From positions 15,882 to 79,881 of the forward strand of contig JACPDG010000043.1 of the NCBI GenBank assembly GCA_016184125.1: 64,000 nucleotides of DNA, given 5' to 3'. The position numbers and the translations under genes were made by a program. The DNA comes from Candidatus Rokuibacteriota bacterium (GTDB taxonomy: Bacteria; Methylomirabilota; Methylomirabilia; Rokubacteriales; CSP1-6). Positions 58,658-64,000 of this stretch are shown piece after piece. Below the pieces are notes generated by a model. That model was not told the DNA's origin and ran no database searches. It saw only the letters and a list, made by a program, of their open reading frames with translations. Each line of letters opens with the position of its first letter. Within the stretch, counting starts at the first letter, position 1.

Positions 58658-60031
58658 CTACCGGGTGACCGGGTACCCGGCCTTGACCCAGGCCGCCATG
58701 CCGCCGGTCACGTTGTGACACGCGCCGATGCCGAGCCGCTCGAGCGCGCTGATCACCGTGCTCGACCTGAGCCCCCCGGCACAGACGAGGGCCTTCGGGC
58801 GCTCGGCCGGCACGTCGGCGGCACGAGCCACCGCCTCCATCATCGGCAGGTGCAGCGCCCCGTCGATGTGTCCGTCGAGCCACTCGAACGGCTCGCGCAC
58901 GTCGATGACGACGAGCTCCGGCCGCTCGCTCATCCACGCGGCGAGGTCGTGCACGGTGATCTGCGGCACGCTCGCGGCGGGCAGCCCCTGGCTCTTCCAG
59001 TCGATCATGCCCCACTGCAGGTAGCCGGCGATCTCGTCGACGCCGACGCGCGCGAGCGCCTGCACCCCGCGTTCGAGATCGGACGGGCTCGGCGTCACGA
59101 GGATCAGCGGCGCGCCGGCCGGCACGAACCAGCCCACGCGGTCGGCGAACTGCGGGCTCTCGATCCAGACGTTGATCGCGCCCGGCACGTGCGCCTCGCC
59201 ATACGTCGCCGGATCCCGCATGTCGACGACGCACGCGCCCTCGCGCACGGCGTCCCAGGCCTCGCGCGCGGCGTACGGCCGGGGCTTCGCGGCGTCGATC
59301 GGGATGAGCCCACGGTTCTTCCCCACGATCTTCTCGAACGACGGCGGCTTCGGCGGGATCCCCTGCATGAGCAGGTCGACGAACTCCTGCCGGCTCCTGG
59401 CGCGGAGCAGCGGGTTGAACCGCCGCTCGAAACCGACCGTCGACCCGGATTTCGCGGACATCGCGCGCCCGCAGAGCGAGCCCGAGCCGTGCGCCGGGTA
59501 CACCTCGACGCTGTCGTCGAGGGGGAGCAGCACGCGTGTGAGGCTGTCCCACAGCTGCTCGGCGGCCTGATCGCCTCCGAAGTCGGGACGACCGACCGAG
59601 CCGATGAAGAGCGTGTCGCCGGTGAGGACGAACCACGGCTCGTCGCCCCGCGAGCGGTCCGTCACGAGCAGGCAGATGCTGTCAGGCGTGTGGCCGGGCG
59701 TGTGGAGCACCTTCAGATGGACGGTGCCGACGGTGATGTCGTCGCCGTCGGCGAGACCGACGTGGTCGAACGCCGCGCCCGCCGCGCGGTGGACCATGAT
59801 GCGCGCGTCGCGCGCGGCGGCCGCGAGGTCCCGGTTGCCGGAGATGTGGTCCGCGTGGGTGTGCGTCTCCACGATGCCGGTGATCCGGAGGCCCTTCTTT
59901 CGCGCGAGCCGAACGTACTCGGCGACGCGATCGCGGCCAGGATCGACGACGACCGCCTCGCCCGCTTGCCCGCAGCCGATCAGGTACGACAGGCAGCCGG
60001 ACTCCTCGTTGAGGAGCTGCTGGAAGATCAT
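58658..60031 (-). CDS. persulfide dioxygenase (MBL fold, ETHE1-like) fused to two rhodanese domains
   Basis: HTHADH metallo-beta-lactamase motif; two C-terminal rhodanese modules (CAGGLRS active-site loop in the second). Confidence 0.9.
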   Translation of the reverse strand: MIFQQLLNEESGCLSYLIGCGQAGEAVVVDPGRDRVAEYVRLARKKGLRITGIVETHTHADHISGNRDLAAAARDARIMVHRAAGAAFDHVGLADGDDITVGTVHLKVLHTPGHTPDSICLLVTDRSRGDEPWFVLTGDTLFIGSVGRPDFGGDQAAEQLWDSLTRVLLPLDDSVEVYPAHGSGSLCGRAMSAKSGSTVGFERRFNPLLRARSRQEFVDLLMQGIPPKPPSFEKIVGKNRGLIPIDAAKPRPYAAREAWDAVREGACVVDMRDPATYGEAHVPGAINVWIESPQFADRVGWFVPAGAPLILVTPSPSDLERGVQALARVGVDEIAGYLQWGMIDWKSQGLPAASVPQITVHDLAAWMSERPELVVIDVREPFEWLDGHIDGALHLPMMEAVARAADVPAERPKALVCAGGLRSSTVISALERLGIGACHNVTGGMAAWVKAGYPVTR

Positions 60032-60053
60032 GGGCGGACCTCCCGTGTGACGG

Positions 60054-61604
60054 ATGCCCTACAATCTTAGCTCAATGGATCTGATCGCGCTTCATGCCGA
60101 GCGACAACCGGAACGTCCGGCCATCGTCGAGGGCGACCGTGTGGTCACGTGGCGTCAGTTCGTGGAGCTGAGGAACCGTCTGGCTCACGGGCTCCTGCAC
60201 CTCGGACTGCGTCAGGGCGAGCACGCGGTCGTCTACGGGCACAACTCCACCGAGGTCCTGCTCGCCGGCGCCGCGATCCGCGCCGTGGGCGCGATCGCCG
60301 TGCCGATGAACCACCGGCTCGTTCCCGACGAGGTCGCGTACATCCTCGACGACTCCGAGGCGGTCCTCGCCGTCGTCGGCGAGGAGTTCGCCGGCACCGC
60401 GGAGGCCGTCCGGGCGCGCGCGCGGACGGTGCGCCGGTGGGTCCTTGCCGGTGTGGAACGCCGGCCGTGGGCCGAGCCGCTCGCCGACCTCATCGCGTCC
60501 GGTCAGGCGGATCCAGTCGGCATCGACGTCGGCACGAACACGGGCGGATCCGTGATCTATACCGCGGGCACGTCCGGACGCCCGAAGGGCGCGCGGCGCC
60601 GAGCGGTCGACCCGAAGAGCATCATCCCGCGCCTCGAGCCGTTCGGTCTGATGGACCCGTCGCACGTGCACCTGGCCGCGGGGCCGCTGTATCACTCCGC
60701 ACCGGGCGCCTTCGCGCTCTACACGCACGTCTTCGGCGGCACCGTCGTGGTTCTGCCGCGGTTCGACGCCGAGGCGGCGCTCGCGGCCATCGCGCGGCAT
60801 CGATGCACGACGACGTTCATGGCGCCGGCGCTGCTCAAGCGGCTCGCGGACCTGCCCGCCGGCGTCCGGGCGCGCTACGACGTCTCGTCGATGCGCGTGA
60901 TCATCGTCGCGGCGGCGCCGTGTCCGATGGCCGTGAAAGAGGCGATCGTCTCGTGGTTCGGTCCGGTGCTGTGGGAGTTCTACGGCTCCACCGAGCTCGG
61001 CATCAACACCATCCTGCGGCCCGAGGACGTGCTGCGGAAGCCGGGCTCGTGCGGGCGTGCCGCGCCCGGCATCGAGCTGGCCGTCCACGACGACGCCGGC
61101 CGGCCGGTTCCGCCGGGCACGCCCGGGGAGCTCGCCGTCCGCCGCTACGACGGCGTGTTCGACGAGTACTGGAAGAACCCGGAGGCGACCCGCGAGACGA
61201 TGCGCGGGGAGTGGCTCTCCGTGGGCGACGTCGCGTGGATCGACGGCGAGGGCTTCGTCTACATCTGCGACCGCAAGCGCGACATGATCATCTCCGGTGG
61301 CGTGAACATCTACCCCGCGGAGGTCGAGGACGTGCTGCACCGCCACCCGGCCGTCGCCGACGTGGCGGTGTTCGGCGTGCCGGACGACGAGTGGGGCGAG
61401 CGCGTCCACGCGGCCGTGCAGCGCCGGCCCGGCGCCACCGCCGAGGCCGAGGAGCTGTGCGCCTTCGCGCGCGCGCAGCTCGCCGGCTTCAAGGTCCCGC
61501 GCAGCGTGTCGTTCCACGACGACTTCCCGCGGGACGCCGCCGGCAAGCTCCTCAAGCGTGTGCTGCGCGAGCCGTACTGGGCGGGCCGCGCCACGCGCGT
61601 GTAG
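60054..61604 (+). CDS. acyl-CoA synthetase (AMP-binding enzyme family)
   Basis: YTAGTSGRPKGA AMP-binding motif...GEL...YGSTE...; 516 aa. Confidence 0.9.
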   Translation: MPYNLSSMDLIALHAERQPERPAIVEGDRVVTWRQFVELRNRLAHGLLHLGLRQGEHAVVYGHNSTEVLLAGAAIRAVGAIAVPMNHRLVPDEVAYILDDSEAVLAVVGEEFAGTAEAVRARARTVRRWVLAGVERRPWAEPLADLIASGQADPVGIDVGTNTGGSVIYTAGTSGRPKGARRRAVDPKSIIPRLEPFGLMDPSHVHLAAGPLYHSAPGAFALYTHVFGGTVVVLPRFDAEAALAAIARHRCTTTFMAPALLKRLADLPAGVRARYDVSSMRVIIVAAAPCPMAVKEAIVSWFGPVLWEFYGSTELGINTILRPEDVLRKPGSCGRAAPGIELAVHDDAGRPVPPGTPGELAVRRYDGVFDEYWKNPEATRETMRGEWLSVGDVAWIDGEGFVYICDRKRDMIISGGVNIYPAEVEDVLHRHPAVADVAVFGVPDDEWGERVHAAVQRRPGATAEAEELCAFARAQLAGFKVPRSVSFHDDFPRDAAGKLLKRVLREPYWAGRATRV

Positions 61605-61620
61605 CGAGGCGTCCCTCCCA

Positions 61621-62244
61621 CTACGGGGCCTTCCACAGCATCCGTCCATCCCGGCCGGTGAGCGCGAACAGCGGCAGCCCGAACGCACGCACGGCCATGG
61701 TCGCCCGGGCGCGGCCGTCGGCGTCCATGAGCCCGAACGCCGCGAAGTCCGAGGCGTCGATGCCCAGCGTGCCTCGCACCTTCTCGTTCTTGTCGTAGAC
61801 GGCGACGGCGGGCGAGCCGTCCGCGGCGAGCTCGAGCCGCACGCGGGCCTTCCCCGCGCGGTCCGCGAGCTCGAGGCGCGGCACACCGCCGGCGTCCAGC
61901 GCGAGGTGCGCACGCACCGTCTCGTCGCGGTCGTAGAGCTTGAGGTCCGGCGCGCCCTCCGCGCTGAGCGCCAGCCACGCACGGATCTTCCCTCGCGTGT
62001 CGGCGAGCGCGAGCCCCGGCCGGTCGTCACTCCCGAGGGAGAGCGCGGCGCGCGCGCGTCCCGCACCGTCGCGCACGATGAAGGTCTCGGCCTCGACCGT
62101 GCGGGGCGGCGGCGCGGCTTGCCCGAGCACGCCGAGCGCCGCGACGAGGGTCCCCGCGGCGAGCGTCCAGACCTTCCACCGGCGGTGCGCGCGCTCGAGC
62201 CGCTCGAGCCGTTCGCTCAGCGCTTCCGTTGCTGAATCGGCCAT
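61621..62244 (-). CDS. hypothetical membrane-anchored protein with internal degenerate repeats
   Basis: MADSATEALSERLERLERAHRRWKVWTLAAGTLVAALGVL TM, then ~4 repeats of the (A/L)xLxLxDxxGKxRxxL type. Confidence 0.45.
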   Translation of the reverse strand: MADSATEALSERLERLERAHRRWKVWTLAAGTLVAALGVLGQAAPPPRTVEAETFIVRDGAGRARAALSLGSDDRPGLALADTRGKIRAWLALSAEGAPDLKLYDRDETVRAHLALDAGGVPRLELADRAGKARVRLELAADGSPAVAVYDKNEKVRGTLGIDASDFAAFGLMDADGRARATMAVRAFGLPLFALTGRDGRMLWKAP

Positions 62245-62302
62245 GCCGCCCTCCCAGTCGATGCGACTCGCGCCCACCATACACGAGGCGCGACCGACCG
62301 AT

Positions 62303-62380
62303 ATCATGGGGGGCCCCGAGATGGCCCCCCATACCCCCCACCGCTCGGAACGGCCCCGGCGCAGCCGCGGCCGTCCTCGG
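62303..62380 (+). repeat. family A repeat, copy A16
   Basis: ATCATGGGGGGCCCCGAGATGGCCCCCCATACCCCCCACCGCTCGGAACGGCCCCGGCGCAGCCGCGGCCGTCCTCGGGAA. Confidence 0.85.
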
Positions 62381-62395
62381 GAACGCGCTGCGTGC

Positions 62396-62468
62396 TCGGA
62401 GCCCCGACATGGCCCCCCATACCCCCCACCGCTCGCCGGGCCCGGGGTCAACCCGGGCCCGCCTCGAC
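62396..62468 (+). repeat. family A repeat, copy A17 (tandem with A16; lacks the CATGGGGGG head)
   Basis: GGAGCCCCGACATGGCCCCCCATACCCCCCACCGCTCGCCGGGCCCGGGGTCAACCCGGGCCCGCCTCGAC. Confidence 0.8.
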
Positions 62469-62581
62469 ACGCCGAGTCGTTCACGGGGGATCAGCCACGA
62501 CGGGGTCGCGAGCCGTTCTTCTCTCGAGCAGCTTGGAGACGCCTTCGACGACGCGCTCGAACAGCTTCCGGAGGCCGCCTC

Positions 62582-62629
62582 AGTTCGAGCCAACAATCGA
62601 CCGCCCGGCGGTCGATTGTTGCTCGAACT
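62582..62629. repeat. family B palindrome, copy B4
   Basis: AGTTCGAGCCAACAATCGACCGCC-CG-GCGGTCGATTGTTGCTCGAACT; ends 2 nt before the stop of the minus-strand lipoprotein gene. Confidence 0.8.
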
Positions 62630-62630
62630 C

Positions 62631-62927
62631 TCAGCGGCGCGCTTCCAGGCAGTCCCGGTAGATGAAGTTCCGGATGTCCCGCTCGATCTGCGCCTTGCTC
62701 GATGCCGTGGCGACCGTCCACTCCCGTGCGTCGGTCCACGGCGTCCCCGACCACGGGGCCGACGCGGTCGTTTCCTCTGGGCTCGTCGCCCGCCGAGCCG
62801 CACGGTCGCACTCGGCCGAACGATCCCCGGCCGCGAACGCCGACACGTCGGAGGTCCGATCACGCTCGATCACGGCGCACGCGCTCACGGACGCGACCAG
62901 CACGATCAGGCCGACGATTCGCTTCAT
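62631..62927 (-). CDS. small hypothetical lipoprotein
   Basis: MKRIVGLIVLVASVSAC lipobox; ~98 aa. Confidence 0.4.
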   Translation of the reverse strand: MKRIVGLIVLVASVSACAVIERDRTSDVSAFAAGDRSAECDRAARRATSPEETTASAPWSGTPWTDAREWTVATASSKAQIERDIRNFIYRDCLEARR

Positions 62928-63135
62928 GGGCGTGCCTCCTCCTCCTTGTTCGCTCGGGCCTCGACCGACAGCGCTATCGTGCGGCGCTGGCTGCAACGGC
63001 GGTGCCGCCGAGATGTCGCAATGGGCGTGCCCCCGAGAGGCGCGAACCGCCGCACCCGAGGGGTGCGAGGCTCCCGCACGAGGGACGGGGGACGGCCCGC
63101 GAGGGCTGGGCAACCGCCTCGATATAATCACGTCG

Positions 63136-64000
63136 ATGCGCGCGCAGTACCGCGAGGAGCCCTGCCGGACGGCGCTCAACCGGGTCAACGGGATGCCGTT
63201 CAACTGGTCGCTCAACCCGTACATGGGCTGCGTCCACCGGTGCACGTTCTGCTACGTCCGCGCCTTCGAGCAACGCGCGGATCGACCGTCCGACCGCCGG
63301 TACGGCACGTCGATCCGGGTGAAGGTGAACGTCGCCGAGGTCCTTCGCCGCGAGCTCGCCCGGCCGTCGTGGAAGCGCGAGACGGTCGCGCTCGGCGCCG
63401 CCACGGACCCGTACCAGCCGGCCGAGGGTCACTACCGCCTGACGCGCGCCTGCATCCAGGCGCTCGCGGGAGCGAGGACGCCGTTCGGCATCGTGACGCG
63501 GAGCCCGCTCATCGTGCGAGACGTCGACGTGCTCGCGGCCGCGTCACGCCGCGCCGAGGTCGACGTGAGCTTCTCGATCCCGACGCTGGACGCGGACGTG
63601 TGGCGGCGGACCGAGCCTGGCACCGCGCCACCACGCCAGCGACTCCGCGCGCTCCGCACGCTCGTCGACGCCGGCATCCGCGCGGGCGTCGGCATGGCGC
63701 CCATCCTGCCGGGCCTCTCGGACCGTCCCGAGCAGCTCGCCGAGGTCCTGCGCGCGGCCCGGGATGCCGGCGCGACGCACCTGTGGTGCAACGTCGTGCA
63801 CCTGCGACCGGGAACGCGCGAGTACTTCTTCGAGCACCTCGCGCGGGACTGGCCGGAGCAGCTCGCGCGCTACGAGGCGCTGTTCGCGCGCAACGCGTAC
63901 CTCGACCGCCGCGTGGCAGAACCGATTCGCGCGCGTGTCGCCGAGCTGCGTGCGCAGGTCGGCATCGCGGACCGCCGTCGCATCAAGCTCGAGCCACCGC
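63136..64000 (+). CDS. radical SAM protein, SplB-like (DNA repair photolyase family), partial at the window edge
   Basis: CRTALNRV...MPFNWSLNPYMGCVHRCTFCY matches the SplB-family CxxxCxxC context; open at the 3' edge. Confidence 0.85.
   Translation, partial: MRAQYREEPCRTALNRVNGMPFNWSLNPYMGCVHRCTFCYVRAFEQRADRPSDRRYGTSIRVKVNVAEVLRRELARPSWKRETVALGAATDPYQPAEGHYRLTRACIQALAGARTPFGIVTRSPLIVRDVDVLAAASRRAEVDVSFSIPTLDADVWRRTEPGTAPPRQRLRALRTLVDAGIRAGVGMAPILPGLSDRPEQLAEVLRAARDAGATHLWCNVVHLRPGTREYFFEHLARDWPEQLARYEALFARNAYLDRRVAEPIRARVAELRAQVGIADRRRIKLEPP

Noticed and set aside
58359-58718. 119-aa plus-strand ORF at 58359-58718
   Set aside because: It overlaps the 3' end of the persulfide dioxygenase-rhodanese gene on the opposite strand. 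Its composition is atypical and no ribosome-binding site or homology is recognisable.

Overview
This is a very GC-rich (~70%) bacterial chromosomal segment with densely packed protein-coding genes, most of them on the minus strand. I found no rRNA, tRNA or CRISPR array. Supported genes: a partial SDR at the 5' edge; a degenerate sugar-nucleotidyltransferase paralog; a BON-domain lipoprotein, sigma-54 response regulator and sensorless histidine kinase cluster; an M48 peptidase; and a seven-gene co-directional block (imuA, imuB, dnaE2, holin-X-like, DUF3618, stand-alone LigD polymerase domain, DUF883). Further along: a Gfo/Idh/MocA oxidoreductase, a PG-binding protein, a cardiolipin synthase, a B12-binding radical SAM/DUF4070 protein, two SDRs, a spermidine-synthase-like protein, ettA, a DUF4258/DUF2283 toxin-antitoxin-like pair, a CoA-binding protein, RNase D, a REC-only regulator, a ManC-like nucleotidyltransferase, a family III CoA-transferase, metH translationally coupled to a CHASE2 nucleotide cyclase, a hexaheme cytochrome c, MlaA/VacJ, an M16 peptidase pair, msrP and msrQ, an OmpR/histidine kinase two-component pair, split class I fumarase subunits, an MFS transporter, fhs, a MoaD/ThiS-like protein, an MlaC-like protein, DUF72, a MaoC dehydratase, a histone-H1-like protein, a persulfide dioxygenase-rhodanese fusion, an acyl-CoA synthetase and a partial SplB-like radical SAM. 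The most interesting observations are three genes split by in-frame TGA codons at the positions expected for selenocysteine, each followed by a SECIS-like hairpin: a UGSC-family protein fused to a ~450-aa domain, a thioredoxin-fold redoxin (U-x-x-C), and an AhpD/CMD-like protein. The window also carries two novel families of dispersed GC-rich structured repeats, with at least 17 family A copies and 4 family B palindromes showing compensatory substitutions. Two of these repeats sit in-frame inside imuB and one extends the msrQ reading frame. Finally, there is a 650-bp intergenic block made of two inverted TIR-bearing elements and tandem direct repeats. All coordinates not taken from the ORF track are approximate to a few bases.
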